NCBI GenBank assembly: GCA_002269645.1
Contig: NIVC01000020.1
Span: forward strand, 248,001 to 312,000
Source of the DNA: Macrostomum lignano
Lineage: Eukaryota
Reading direction: 5' to 3'
Length of the DNA: 64,000 nucleotides
Of this stretch, positions 1 through 13,050 are shown one piece after another. The stretch's first letter is position 1. Each line of letters starts with the position of its first letter. The notes under the pieces are model-generated. The model was given only the letters and a program-made list of their open reading frames with translations, was not told where the DNA came from and searched no databases. The position numbers and the translations under genes were made by a program.

Positions 1-295
1 GGTCGGCAGCTTCCGGCTGAACTCCTCGGAGGGCAAGTTCTGCAGCTACAAATACCGCGTGAGCCCCGGCAGCCGCAGGCAGACGCGCGACTTCTGGGTG
101 GCGCAGATCAAGCGGGCCATCCAGCAGAGCAAGAAGGAGAAGTCGCTCATCGACTTCGAGGAGGACTCCGCGGAGGCCGGGGCCGCCGCTGCCGCACCGT
201 CTGGCGTGGCGGCGAAGCGGGCGGCTGCGGGCAACCTGAACAACAACCGCAGCGAGAGCAGCCTGCACGTGATCGAGGAGAGCACCCAGCTGTGA
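1..295 (+). CDS. 3' end of a gene running in from the left: C-terminal part of a PH-like domain followed by an acidic/Ala-rich tail ending in STQL
   Basis: Frame from nt 2 is open to TGA 293-295 (...KFCSYKYRVSPGSRRQTRDFWVAQIKRAIQQ...). GC3-rich codons. The W-containing amphipathic helix is typical of the end of a PH fold. Confidence 0.6.
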   Translation, partial: VGSFRLNSSEGKFCSYKYRVSPGSRRQTRDFWVAQIKRAIQQSKKEKSLIDFEEDSAEAGAAAAAPSGVAAKRAAAGNLNNNRSESSLHVIEESTQL

Positions 296-867
296 CCGGG
301 GCTCGGAGTTCTCTCTGCTTGATCTCCTCTGTTTGCATATAGATGATCTAGGCGAGCTTTTCTCATTGCAGCCTACTGACTATTCAGTTATTAGTAATAC
401 TTGCGCAATTTTATAACTGTAATTCTTTGCAATCGGCTCCCATTAAGGCATACGGTTTTTGTTCACCGCCATCCAACCCCTGTCGCCCCCAGTTTTCTCC
501 GGCAGGCTAGGTTTTTTATTATATTATAGCAAATACCCCGTTTTACCTGCGCACCGCTTCATGGCTGCCAGTTTGTTTCAATTTGCGCTCCAGCAGATAC
601 CATTTATACTCAAATTCTCTTTTATGCTGTTTTTGTTCTCCGCTTGCTGTTTGCGCACTCTGCCTTTTGCGCTGATCTCTGTGCTGGTCTCTGTCCTCTG
701 TGTAACATTTTTGCTTCTTGTTATCTCAACTTTTTAGCCTATTGCGCAATAGTTGTTTGGCGAGCCAAAGTAACTGATTTGCCCCACCCTCCGGCCTCCT
801 CAGGTGAGCTGGGCACCCAAACAAAATATTCACTGCGCTCTCCTGATCTCCTGATCCAGAAATCTAT

Positions 868-1290
868 AATTGTCCTCAGAACGTCACGAAAACCTCAACC
901 CCATGAGAACCTCAGAACCCCGTGGGAATCCTCAGAAAGCCATTAGAACCCCAGAATGTCACGAGAACCTCAGAACCTCATGAGAACCCCCAGAAAGCCA
1001 TGAGAACCCCCAGAAAGCCATGAGAACCCTCAGAACGTCACGAAAACCTCAGAACCCGATAAGAGCCCCCAGAAAGCCATGAGAACCCTCAGAACGTCAC
1101 GAGAACCTCAGAACCCCATGAGAACCCCCAGAAAGCCATGAGAATCCTCAGAACGTCATGAGAACCTCAGAACCTCATGAGAAGCCCAGGGCACCATGAA
1201 AACCCTAAAAATTATAAGAACCCTGAGAACGCCATGAGAACCTGAGAATGCCATGAGAACCCTCAGAACGCCATGAGAACCCCCAGAACG
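868..1290. repeat. Degenerate 19-20 bp minisatellite (CATGAGAACCCYCAGAAMGC)
   Basis: Tandem repetition visible directly. Confidence 0.85.
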
Positions 1291-1842
1291 CCAAGTTCAC
1301 CTACCCACTGACCGCCCCTGATGACCCGCCCACAGACCGGGCCGCCCCACTGCACACTGAAGCTGCTGTCTCCCAGCCGTGTACATAGCCCGAGCACATG
1401 CATATAGCGCACCACACCGCCGCCCTACCGTATCAATTTTGCTTCGCTCTCAGACCCCGCTAATTTGCCGCATTATCAAGGTGCAATTCTGACTGTCGCC
1501 AGCCAACCCATTGTTACCCTTTCACCGCCTCTGGTTTTACCTGTTGCTTTTTTCTATGAGCAATGACCCGGCTATTCCTATGAGCTTCTTCTGCCGATGG
1601 CTTTCCCTCCGATCGAACCAATGCCCCGCTGTTTATTGACTGTTCATTAACTGTTTGTGTACAGAATTACACTCCTGTTCGCCCTCACCGCCTCATCTCC
1701 TGGCGCCTGGCTTTACTAAACTTTTAATTAACCTGGGCCGCTGCTGGCTGGCTTTTCCTGGCTTCTGCCTTCATTTCCTGTGCGCACCTGCTGCGGTTTA
1801 TTAGATTATAGCTTAGATAGCTTAGATGACTGCCTCACTTAA

Positions 1843-2936
1843 GGTAGAGTATTGCATCACTAGGGTGGATTGCTGCATCACTAGGGCAAATTTTTGCATC
1901 ACTAGGGTGGATTGCTGTATCACTAGGGCAAATTGTTGCATCACTAGGGTAGATTAATGTATCATTAGGGTGGAGTTTTGCATCACTAGGGTAGATAATT
2001 GCATCACTAGGGTGGATTATTGCATCACTAGGGTAGATTATTGCATCACTAGGGTAGATTATTGTATCATAAGGGTGGGTTATTGCATCACTAGGGTAGA
2101 TTATTGCATCACTAGGGTAGATTATTGTATCATAAGGGTGGGTTATTGCATCACTAGGGTAGATTATTGTATCATAAGGGTGGGTTATTGCATCACTAGG
2201 GTAGATTATTGCATCACTAGGGTAGATTAATGTATCATTAGGGTGGAGTTTTGCATCACTAGGGTAGATAATTGCATCACTAGGGTGGATTATTGCATCA
2301 CTAGGGTAGATTATTGCATCACTAGGGTAGATTATTGTATCATAAGGGTGGGTTATTGCATCACTAGGGTAGATTATTGCATCACTAGGGTAGATTATTG
2401 TATCATAAGGGTGGGTTATTGCATCACTAGGGTAGATTATTGTATCATAAGGGTGGGTTATTGCATCACTAGGGTAGATTATTGCATCACTAGGGTAGAT
2501 TATTGTATCATAAGGGTGGGTTATTGCATCACTAGGTTAGATTATTGTATCATAAGGGTGGGTTATTGCATCACTAGGGTAGATTATTGTATCATAAGGG
2601 TGGGTTATTGCATCACTAGGGTGGATTGTTGCATCACTAGGGTGGATTTTTGCATCACTAGGGTGGATTATTGTATCATTAGGGTGGGTTATTGCATCAC
2701 TAGGGTGGATTATTGCATCATTAGGGTAGATTATTGTATCATTAGGGTGGGTTATTGCATCACTAGGGTGGATTGTTGCATCACTAGGGTGGAGTTTTGC
2801 ATCACTAGGGTGGATTATTGTATCATTAGGGTGGATTTTTGCATCACTAGGGTGGATTATTGTATCATTAGGGTGGGTTATTGCATCACTAGGGTAGATT
2901 ATTGTATCATTAGGGTGGGTTATTGCATCACTAGGT
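1843..2936. repeat. 21-bp minisatellite (ATCACTAGGGTAGATTATTGC) with a 273-bp higher-order duplication
   Basis: About 50 units. Block 1970-2230 recurs at 2243 onward. Source of the spurious ITRVDYC ORFs. Confidence 0.95.
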
Positions 2937-3221
2937 CAGATTACTGCATCAATACGTGGGACACGTGTCAAATATAAATGTTTACAATACAACACCATAC
3001 CGAGCAGCTGCAGCGCATACCAGGTTGCATGGTTGCGTCACCAAACTGCTCATATTCAACCGGGTCCTCAGTAGGCATAGTAATTATCATTTAAGCTGGA
3101 GAAGTTTTTAAACATTTTTCTGCCAGTCTGCTTTAAGTGCAGCTGAACACAAATAGCATTTCACATGTAACTAGAGTTTTTAATAAAAAAGAACTGGTAT
3201 CCATGGCAAATCTCAGTTGCT

Positions 3222-6182
3222 ATGGCTGCATTCGAAGCAGATTTCACCAGAACATCCTCGCTCCCGACTCTGCAGTCCCAGCCTGCCGAGCCCCGTCAGC
3301 AGCAGCTGCGCCAGGTGCAGGCCGTGCACTGCCTGGACGCTGAGCTGCTCCGCTGCCCCCGGGGCAACCCGGAGCTTCGCGCCCGCCTCCTCCGCTGCCG
3401 CGCCTTTGCCCTCGCCGACTCGCCGTCGGGCGACCTGGCACTGAACTGCCCGCTGGCCGGCGCCGCCCTGGACGCTTACGCGGCCGAGGTGGACAGCCTG
3501 CAGCCCGGCAGCCTCAACAACTTCGCCGATGCGGCCTTGAAGCTGGCGGCGGGCTGCCAGAACCGCGCCGCCGAGTGGCAATCTGCGCTTGGCCCCGCCG
3601 CGCTGGACGGCCTGCTGGCGCCCTGCCGAGAGGCTGCGCCGCCAGCCACGGATGGCGGAGTCCGGCTTGGCGATCCCGTCGATGTCGAGCAGCGACTGCG
3701 CCAGGCGCAGCAGCAGCTGAAGAAGCAACAGGAGCCGCAGCGGCCACCGCCGCAAATTCAGAAACCGCCGCATCAGCATGCGCCAAACCGCGGAAGCTCC
3801 TTCGTCAGCGACAGTGGCGGTGGCAGCGGCGGCAGCGCCCTCCGTCCGCTGTTTGCCAGGCAGCAGCCGCCGCCTCCGCAGCCTCAGCCGCCGCAGCCTC
3901 CGGCCGCCGCTGGCCGTCCGCCGGCCCCGTCAGCCTTTGTGACGGCCAGGCGGCAGCTGCAAATCGATGCCGCCAAAACTGGCGGCGGAGGGGGCGGCGG
4001 CCCCGCCAAGCGGTCGCTGGGACCCAGCCGGCGGACGCCAACCTCCGGCTTCGTGCCGCCGTTCTCTCGTTCGAAGGCTGCCTCGCCACCGCCGCAGGAG
4101 CAGCAGCAGCAGAGGCCGCCGCAGCCCGCCGCCGCTGAGCCGGAGCTCTCCGAGGCGGCGGCCCTGGTGCAGGAGGACGAGCGCCTTCGCGGCCTGGACG
4201 TGAAGCTGGTGGAGACGATCCTGCGCGAGGTCATGGACTCGGCGCCCAGCATCGGCTGGGACGACATTGCCGGCCTGGAGTTCGCCAAAGCCACCATCAA
4301 GGAGATCATCGTGTTCCCCATGCTGCGGCCCGACATCTTCACCGGCATCCGCGGCCCGCCCAAGGGCCTCCTGCTGTTCGGGCCGCCCGGCACCGGCAAG
4401 TCGCTGATCGGCCGCTGCATCGCCTCGGTGTCCGGCGCCACCTTCTTCAACATCTCGGCCAGCAGCCTCACCTCCAAGTGGGTGGGCGAGGGTGAGAAAC
4501 TCGTCCGCGCCCTGTTCGCCGTGGCCCGCTGCCGCGCCCCCTCAGTGGTGTTCATCGACGAGGTCGACTCGCTGCTGTCGGCGCGCTCGGAGTCCGAGCA
4601 CGAGTCCTCCCGCCGGATGAAGACGGAGTTCCTCGTGCAGCTGGACGGTATCGGCACTGAGGCGGAGGAGCGCCTGCTGGTCATCGGCGCCACCAACCGG
4701 CCGCAGGAGCTGGACGACGCGGCCCGGCGGCGATTCGTCAAGCGGCTGTACATCCCGCTGCCCGAGGCCGTCGGCCGCCGGCAGATCGTCGAACGGATGC
4801 TGGTCGGTCAGAGCCACAGCCTGGCCGAGGCCGACATTGAGCACATCGTGACCGCCACGGACGGCTACAGCGGGGCCGACGTGGCCAACCTGGTAGGTGG
4901 CCGGTTGCGGATCAGCGGTGGATAAGCTCCCTGTTTGCAGAGTGGTGGATAAGCTCCCTGTTTGCAGAGTGGTGGATAAGCTCCCTGTTTGCAGGGCGGT
5001 GGATAAGCTCCCTGTTTGCAGGGTGGTGGATAAGCTCCCTGTTTGCAGGGCGGTGGATAAGCTCCCTGTTTGCAGGGCGGTGGATAAGCTCCCTGTTTGC
5101 AGGGCGGTGGATAAGCTCCCTGTTTGCAGGGCGGTGGATAAGCTCCCTGTTTGCAGGGCGGTGGATAAGCTCCCTGTTTGCAGAGTGGTGGATAAGCTCC
5201 CTGTTTGCAGGGCGGTGGATAAGCTCCCTGTTTGCAGGGCGGTGGATAAGCTCCCTGTTTGCAGGGCGGTGGATAAGCTCCTTGTTTGCAGGGCAGTGGA
5301 TAAGCTCCCTGTTTGCAGGGCGGTGGATAAGCTCCCTGTTTGCAGGGCGGTGGATAAGCTCCCTGTTTGCAGGGCGGTGGATAAGCTCCCTGTTTGCAGG
5401 GCGGTGGATAAGCTCCCTGTTTGCAGGCTCAAACGACTGCAATGCGATGAAGAGGCGACAGCTGAGTCGCGAGCGCATCACACGAGTTGCAGAATCGTAA
5501 GAGTCGCAAAAAAGTCGTCCAAGAGTCGTCGTGTTGGCGCTTAACTTACTACTCACTCAAGTAGAATAAGTAGAGTTGCTATAGATGCGAAATGCGATTC
5601 AAATTCATAAATCGACGCAGATGCGCTTCAATTGCAACTCGGGGACTCTGCAGTGACCTCAAGGACCCCAGAGCCACCTGCATCGCCCCAGAGCCACCTT
5701 CATCGCCCCAGAGCAACCTGCATCGCCCCAGAGCCACCTGCATCGCCCCAGAGCACTTGCATCGCCCCAGAGCCACTTGCATCGCCCCAGAGCCACTTGC
5801 ATCGCCCCAGAGCCACTTGCATCGCCCCAGAGCCACTTCAAAGTCGCAGGCCACTCTGACAAATTTTTGGCAACTTTTACCGTAACGGCGTTTTAGAGTC
5901 AGTTCTTTCCTATTGTACCTGTGTTATCTGCAACTACTCTGCAACTACTCTGCAAATGCTCATGATTTCCACTTCCGGCAGGTGCGCGAGGCGGCGCTGG
6001 GCCCGGTGCGCAGCATCCCGCTGGACCGCATCCGCAGCATCTCCGTCAGCGCCGTGAGGCCCATCGGCCCGCAGGACTTCGAGGAGGCGCTCACGCAGGC
6101 ACGGGCCTCCGTGCTGCCGAGCGACCTGGTGCACTACGCCAACTGGAACCAGAGCTACGGCAGCTACCGGCGGATGGTCTGA
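3222..6182 (+). CDS. FIGNL1: Fidgetin-like 1 AAA+ ATPase; exons 3222-4892 and 5982-6182 (about 623 aa)
   Basis: [28 protein letters not shown], Walker A GPPGTGKS, pore loop SKWVGEGEK, Walker [28 protein letters not shown]. Phase-0 GTAGGT..TTCCGGCAG intron restores GADVANL|[10 protein letters not shown]. Vps4_C-like end ([10 protein letters not shown]). Confidence 0.93.
4917..5427. repeat. 27-bp intronic minisatellite (GGTGGATAAGCTCCCTGTTTGCAGGGC)
   Basis: About 19 near-perfect units starting about 24 nt after the FIGNL1 donor. Confidence 0.95.
5665..5840. repeat. 19-bp intronic minisatellite (GCATCGCCCCAGAGCCACT)
   Basis: Tandem units visible. Confidence 0.9.
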
Positions 6183-6187
6183 GTGCA

Positions 6188-6558
<371 letters not shown>

Positions 6559-6987
6559 TCGCCAACAAAAAGGTGTCCCTAAGCTCGACCAACTGTCAGT
6601 TGTTCTTAATATTCTGCATTCGGCTTGGTGACTAAAAAAGTTAAAAATTAGAAATCCAAAGCAAAGTTCAGAGTCCCTTCCTGGCATGCATTTCCCAAGC
6701 TGTTCCGCGTTCGCTCACGCCCGCATTTTGCCGTTTTTTTATTTCAGCTTTTATTCCCGCATTCCGGTGCAAATATTTTTTGCGTTGTTATGCAAATCCC
6801 TGGGCAGAGAGATCACCCAGGTTTCCAATAAAGAAGAAATAAAGAGTCCCCATTCTGTGCCAAGTAACGGAAATTGTGCTGGCAACTTCGTGTGAATTGA
6901 ATTTGCTGGGTGGCTTGCGTTTGAATTGAAACTTTATTTGCTTTTCTTGGCGGCGGTCTCGGAGTCATGGGATAAACGTTCCGAGAG

Positions 6988-7464
6988 GCTGGCTGCTCAG
7001 CCTGAGGATCTGGGAAGCTGGCTGCTCAGCCTGAGAATCTGGGAAGCTGGCTGCTCAACCTGAGGATCTGGGAGGCTGGCTGCTCAGCCTGAGGATCTGG
7101 GAAGCTGGCTGCTCAGCCTGAGGATCTGGGAAGCTGGCTGCTCAGCCTGAGGATCTGGGAGGCTGGCTGCTCAGCCTGAGGATCTGGGAGGCTGGCTGCT
7201 CAGCCTGAGGATCTGGGAGGCTGGCTGCTCAGCCTGAGAATCTGGGAAGCTGGCTGCTCAGCCTGAGAATCTGGGAAGCTGGCTGCTCAGCCTGAGGATC
7301 TGGGAGGCTGGCTGCTCAGCCTGAGGATCTGGGAGGCTGGCTGCTCAGCCTGAGAATCTGGGAGGCTGGCTGCTCAGCCTGAGAATCTGGGAAGCTGGCT
7401 GCTCAGCCTGAGAATCTGGGAGGCTGGCTGCTCAGCCTGAGAATCTGGGAAGCTGGCTGCTCAG
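6988..7464. repeat. 29-bp minisatellite (GCTGGCTGCTCAGCCTGAGGATCTGGGAR)
   Basis: Period 29 (6992, 7021, ...). Confidence 0.95.
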
Positions 7465-8066
7465 TTTAAGTGCACCCGGTTTCGTTTCAAAATGGTACAT
7501 GTACATTATTTTTCAAGGACACTGGACTTGCAGACACCTGCGCAGATTCAGTTGGTCATTTGGGGCAGACTTCAAATATTCAGACTTTAAATGTTAAAGC
7601 TGTATGCTACTTGTAAGAGTAGTGCGCAGGAGTATTTTAGTATCTGTTCGGTCAAATTCAAATTAAGCAATTTTCATATGCAGGAAAAAGACATTTGAAG
7701 ACAGCAGCTCTCTTGGCAAGATATTTTTGCCCAAGTTGATTAGCAGATATTGCGCATTGATCACCCGTTTGGCACAGCAATGCCACGTTCAAGTGGGATT
7801 ATACTGAGAAATGCTGTTTTTAAGCTCTTCGGCTGAGAGCTGGAGCGGCCGGATTGCCAGGGCTGCTCCAGCCAGCCAGCCATTGTGTCTCAGTGCTCAA
7901 ATCTGGCTTCAAGCACCAACAAAGTGGCTGCCCCGCTGTCCTCCCACGCTCTCGATTTCGCCCGTCCACTTCTCGGAAGACCGGAGCGCGCGCTGGCCGC
8001 GGCCGGGGCCGGGTACATGTAGGGAGGGGGGGGACAAGTTTCAAGAGCTGTGCAGCGATCTCCGCC

Positions 8067-9464
8067 ATGCCCTTCCCACCCTCAGCGCGTGATAATCTGG
8101 CGCGCGTGCCGGGAAAAAATCAATCGGGATTGGCACTACCGGGGCAGGGCAGCCGCGCGCACCTCGCACTGAATAAACTGGAGAGGCAGCGGCTGTGGCA
8201 TTGGCCGGGCCGGGACGGCCAATGGCGGAGGCGGTGGCCCGGCTTGAAAACGCTGGGCGCTGCGCTCCAAGCCGCCCCTCGGCGAGCAGCTCGCGGCACC
8301 CGGGCGCGGCCAATGCAGTCCAAGCCCAACGGCCCACTGCAGACCCATCGCAGCGGCGGCCACGGCCGCTCGACCGGCGCCGAGTACGCGGCGCTGACGG
8401 CCGTCTCACGGCAAAGCCTCCTCAGCAACGTGCGCGGCATGGGCGCGGTACGGCGCGCGCCCTCCGACAATTTCTCCGTGGGCTCCAGCGCCAACGCCAA
8501 CCGGTGCAACCTGACGCTACGCGAGATGCGCAAGCAGCGCCGGCGCGACATGAAGGAGCGATTTGGCGCCGGCGCCCCTGGCGGAGGCGCGGTCGGTGGC
8601 GCCGGTTGTGCGGGCGGCGGCGCCTGCGCTTCATCGGGCGCCAGGTATTCGCGGCGATACCTCGGCAGCCGCATTGTGTTCGACCCCGCCGGGCAGTTCA
8701 TCCACTGGTGGTGCACCGTGGTGTCCCTGGCCTTCCTGTACAACCTGTGGGTGATCCTGTTCCGCGTGGCCTTCATGGAGATCGAGGCCTCCACCATGAA
8801 GGTCTGGTTCCCCTGGACTACACCATGGACCTCATCTACCTGCTGGACATCGCCGTGTCCTTTCGCACCGGCTACCTGGAGGACGGCGTGCTGCAGACGG
8901 ACCAGGTGAAGATGCGCCTGCACTACATGGACAGCACCCGCTTCTACATCGACTGCCTGTGCATGCTGCCTCTGGACCTGCTGTACCTGTCCTTCGACTT
9001 CCAGTCCATCGTGCGCGCCTTCCGCCTCTGCAAGGTGTACAAATTCTTCCAGTTTCTGGACCGCACGGAGCGCCACGCCAACTACCCGAACCTCATCCGC
9101 TCGCTGAAGCTGGGCCACTACCTCATGCTCATCATCCACACCAACGCCTGCGTGCTGAAGCTGGTCATCCAGAACAACCCGGACTTTCTGTCGCACGCCC
9201 ACCTGCACAACGACAGCTGGCGGGCGGAGCTGTGGTACTTCCCCAACCCCAACACCAGCAGGGTGGATGAGCAGTACCTGTTCTCTCTGTACTGGAGCAG
9301 CATGGCCGTGTCGCTCATGGCCGAGATGCCCAAGCCCAACGCGCTCTGGCACTACGTGTTCGTCATCTGCGAGATCGTCTTCTGCCTGCTGCTGTTCGCC
9401 ACCGTGCTGGGCCACGTCTCCAACATTGTGGCCAACACCAGCATGGCCCGCCGCGACTTCCAGG
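8067..9464 (+). CDS. Cyclic nucleotide-gated cation channel (invertebrate CNGA-like), exon 1: S1-S6 and pore. Start codon uncertain (8067, 8313 or 8439); 1-nt frameshift at 8810-8813
   Basis: VFDPAGQFIHWW, FLYNLWVILFRVAF, then after the shift LDYTMDLIYLLDIAVSFRTGYLEDG, DRTERHANYPN, LYWS, LLFATVLGHVSNIVAN. Donor CAGG|GTGAGT. Confidence 0.88.
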
Positions 9465-9477
9465 GTGAGTCAGTGAG

Positions 9478-9748
9478 CCTGCGGGTGTCTGCTGCAGTCC
9501 TGGGTGTCTGCTGCAGTTCTGGGTGTCTGCTGCAGTTCTGGGTGTCTGCTGCAGTCCTGGATGTCTGCTGCAGTCCTGGGTGTCTGCTGCAGTCCTGGGT
9601 GTCTGCTGCAGTCCTGGGTGTCTGCTGCAGTCCTGGGTGTCTGCTGCAGTTCTGGGTGTCTGCTGCAGTCCTGGGTGTCTGCTGCAGTCAGGGGTGTCTG
9701 CTGCAGTCCTGGGTGTCTGCTGCAGTCAGGGGTGTCTGCTGCAGTAAC
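9478..9748. repeat. 19-bp minisatellite (GGGTGTCTGCTGCAGTCCT) at the start of CNG intron 1
   Basis: Period 19. Confidence 0.95.
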
Positions 9749-10383
9749 GGGGTGTCCAGTCAGTTATTTCGAAGAAATCTCGTCACTTCTGAGACAATAA
9801 TCTTAAGCGGCTCAGCGAAGGCTCTCAGCCAAAAAGTGAGTCCAGATCTTGGCTGGGTGAGAGCAGCCTATGAAAGCAGCGCAGTGCAAAAGTACACGGT
9901 GACCGGCTGCGCAGCCGCCAGCCCGCCTGCAGGCACTGCAAATTTAAAGGAAAGAAAACAAATTTTTCTCACACATGCGGAGGCCAGAGACAGCAAATTA
10001 GATTGGCCGTCTTGTCCTGTGACAGCTGGGCCCAGCCCGCACTGCTCAGAAATCCCAAGGATTAGCTGTAGCGGCTGGTAGTGCATCGGGACCCTAAGGG
10101 AAATATTCCGGGTGTCGAAATTTATCCTCAGCTGGGAAGGCGCTTATCTTGAGAGATCGAAATGACCTCATTGCGGTAAATGCTGGGCAGAGTATGGAGA
10201 GCAGACTTGGGGATGCGGTGTCCATGGCCTGCGGTCCATGGCCATAGACAACTGGCACCGGGGTTAGGGAGAAACTCAAGGTGGTAAATTGCCAAATTAG
10301 TGTTGAAATCAGGAAATTCTTATAATTTCCTGTGCGTTCTATGATGAAATTGAGTCCTCGAAATTCCCATAAACTTGAGCGAA

Positions 10384-10762
10384 CATGCCACAGCTCAAAT
10401 GTAGTTGCTGAGATGCCACAGCTCAAATGTAGTTGCTGAGATGCCACAGCTCAAATGTAGTTGCTGAGATGCCACAGCTCAAAGGGGAATTGCTGAGATG
10501 CCACAGCTCAAAGGGGAATTGCTGAGATGCCACAGCTCAAAGGGGAATTGCTGAGATGCCACAGCTCAAAGAAGAATTGATGAGATGCCACAGCTCAAAG
10601 GGGAATTGCTGAGATGCCACAGCTCAAAGGGGAATTGCTGAGATGCCACAGCTCAAATGTAGTTGCTGAGATGCCACAGCTCAAAGGGGAATTGCTGAGA
10701 TGCCACAGCTCAAAGAAGAATTGATGAGATGCCACAGCTCAAAGGGGAATTGCAGAGATGCC
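10384..10762. repeat. 28/29-bp minisatellite (GATGCCACAGCTCAAAGGGGAATTGCTGA)
   Basis: Direct. Confidence 0.95.
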
Positions 10763-12214
10763 AGAGTCCACTGGTTGCATGAGGTCAATGAGACACTTTG
10801 TCTTTAAAAGAAATGATTGCAGAGCCACTCTAGTATAAAGGAACTGCTCTTTCTTCCCAAAAGGGGCTGAGAGCCGGGAGTCTTAAGTAATCCCATGGAT
10901 TTCCCTTTAGCAGCGCACAGTTGTGAACTGGTTGGGCACTTTACGACCTGACCGTGGGCCCTGCTTGCAGGGGGCACAGGTGGGACCTCGCACCCACCGC
11001 CTCATCCCAGCGCGTGACTCGGTGCTCCGGCGGCCGGAACTGCCGCAGACCCGCTGTGAGCCCTCAGCCAGCCGGGTTCGCGAAGTCTCAATGAGTTACG
11101 AGGCCGCTCGGCTGCAGCCCAGCAAGCCGGTGTTGCCGGCCAGCTGCAGCCGTAGATCACCGCGGCCCCTCCCGTCCCAGTTCCGCTTCTCTCATCGGAG
11201 CACTTTCCTACAGGCCCACCCCGGGGCGGGGGTTGCTGCGGTCTCGAGTCCCCAAATCCCCGCTCCCGTCATCGCGGCACATCAGCGGCAAATCCCTTTC
11301 GCATGATGACGCTCTCGCGAAAGCTGGGCATAAACTCGAGCCGGCTGCCCGGATTGCTGCGCCCGAGGGGATCAGCGAGATGGGAAGGCGGCGGCGGCTT
11401 GCACAGAAATCTCCCGGATCGCTTGAGCACCCGTGACTTCCCACAGTGACTCATCCTATCGGCCCAGAGCTGATTGAGGAGGCTGGGGCCGGCGTCATCT
11501 TTCAGATCTTCAGCTCGAGAGGCCACTGCAGACAAGTTCTGAGCCTCAAAGAAATTCTCGCCCATTCCGCGTCTCCCCTTTCTTATTCCCCAGCGTCCTC
11601 CCGCACTGCTCCCTATTAGTTCTCACCTGAGTCCCCCCGCCGCTCCCCCTGTTCCCCTCTTCCCTTCTTTGTTTTTCTTTTCCATGGAGCGCAGAGCGGG
11701 CGGGGGCTCTCGCGTGTCGGGGGTGGCGCCAGCACTCAGAGCTGCGCGCGCCGCCTATCCGGAAACTCAGCCAGGCTCCGCCATCATTTCTGGCCGGCTT
11801 TATTGCCGCTAATTAAAGGTGCATGAGGGGAGCCGCGCCCGCACTCTCTCTCTCTCTCTCTCACTGCCGAGGCAACTGGGCCCGCCAGCTGCCGGGAGTC
11901 GGCAGAGCCTCCCAGCCGGATTTTCCCACTCGGGAGCGATAAAAATAAAAGTTGCTGCATCGGCTTCAAGACGCAGTGGCAGACGCAGAGGCACGGGCGG
12001 TGCAAACGGCACAGATCCACCTTGATTTCGGGCCCGGGCAGCTGGGCCAACCCCCAGGGAGTGTACATGCCTGGTGATGAGAAAGTCAAGGCTCAAAACC
12101 TCCTCACTGGCTGCAGGTTGCCTGTTGCATTGCTGTAATAAATAGCCTGGCTGTCACAGCCAAGTTACTTGCTAAAATCGAGACAGAAACGGCTGGACGC
12201 AGAACGAAACGGAG

Positions 12215-13050
12215 ACAAAACAGAACACAGGTGAAACTAGAAGGGAAGAACAGACGAGACACAAAAGCAGAAGATAGAAAAGCAAGACACAGAAGCAGAA
12301 GATAAAAAAGCAAACAGGAAACAAAAGCAGAAAATAGAAAAGCGAGGAAGACACAAAAGCAGAAGATAGAAAAGCAAGCAGGACACAAAAGCAGAAGATA
12401 GAAAAGCTAGCAGGACACAAAAGCAGAAGATAAAAAAGCATGACACAAAAGCAGAAGATAAAGGAGGAAACAAAAGCAGAAGATAGAAAAAGAGGAAACA
12501 AAAGCAGAAGATAGAGAAGCAAGGAAGACACAAAAGCAGAAGATAGAAAAGCTAGCAGGACACAAAAGCAGAAGATAAAAAAGCATGACACAAAAGCAGA
12601 AGATAAAGGAGGAAACAAAAGCAGAAGATAGAAAAAGAGGAAACAAAAGCAGAAGATAGAGAAGCAAGGAAGACACAAAAGCAGAAGATAGAAAAGCTAG
12701 CAGGACACAAAAGCAGAAGATAGAAAAGCTAGCAGGACACAAAAGCAGAAGATAGAAAAGCATGACACAAAAGCAGAAGATAAAGGAGGAAACAAAAGCA
12801 GAAGATAGAAAAAGAGGAAACAAAAGCAGAAGATAGAGAAGCAAGGAAGACACAAAAGCAGAAGATAGAAAAGCTAGCAGGACACAAAAGCAGAAGATAA
12901 AAAAGCAAGACACAAAAGCAGAAGATAGAAAAGCTAGCAGGACACAAAAGCAGAAGATAGAAAAGCTAGCAGGACACAAAAGCAGAAGATAAAAAAGCAA
13001 GACACAAAAGCAGAAGATAGAAAAAGAGGTAACAAAAGCAGAAGACACAG
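12215..13050. repeat. Purine-rich 25-32 bp minisatellite (GACACAAAAGCAGAAGATAGAAAAGC...)
   Basis: Direct; source of the hydrophobic antisense pseudo-ORFs. Confidence 0.92.

Noticed and set aside
1843-2936. Telomere-like (TTAGGG/CTAGGG) sequence
   Set aside because: The hexamer occurs once per 21-bp unit and is mostly CTAGGG; not a telomeric array.
1970-2977. ITRVDYC-repeat ORFs
   Set aside because: Translation of the 21-bp minisatellite.
9465-10081. Continuation of the 628-aa ORF past 9464
   Set aside because: Read-through into intron 1 repeat; CNG homology resumes at 16311.
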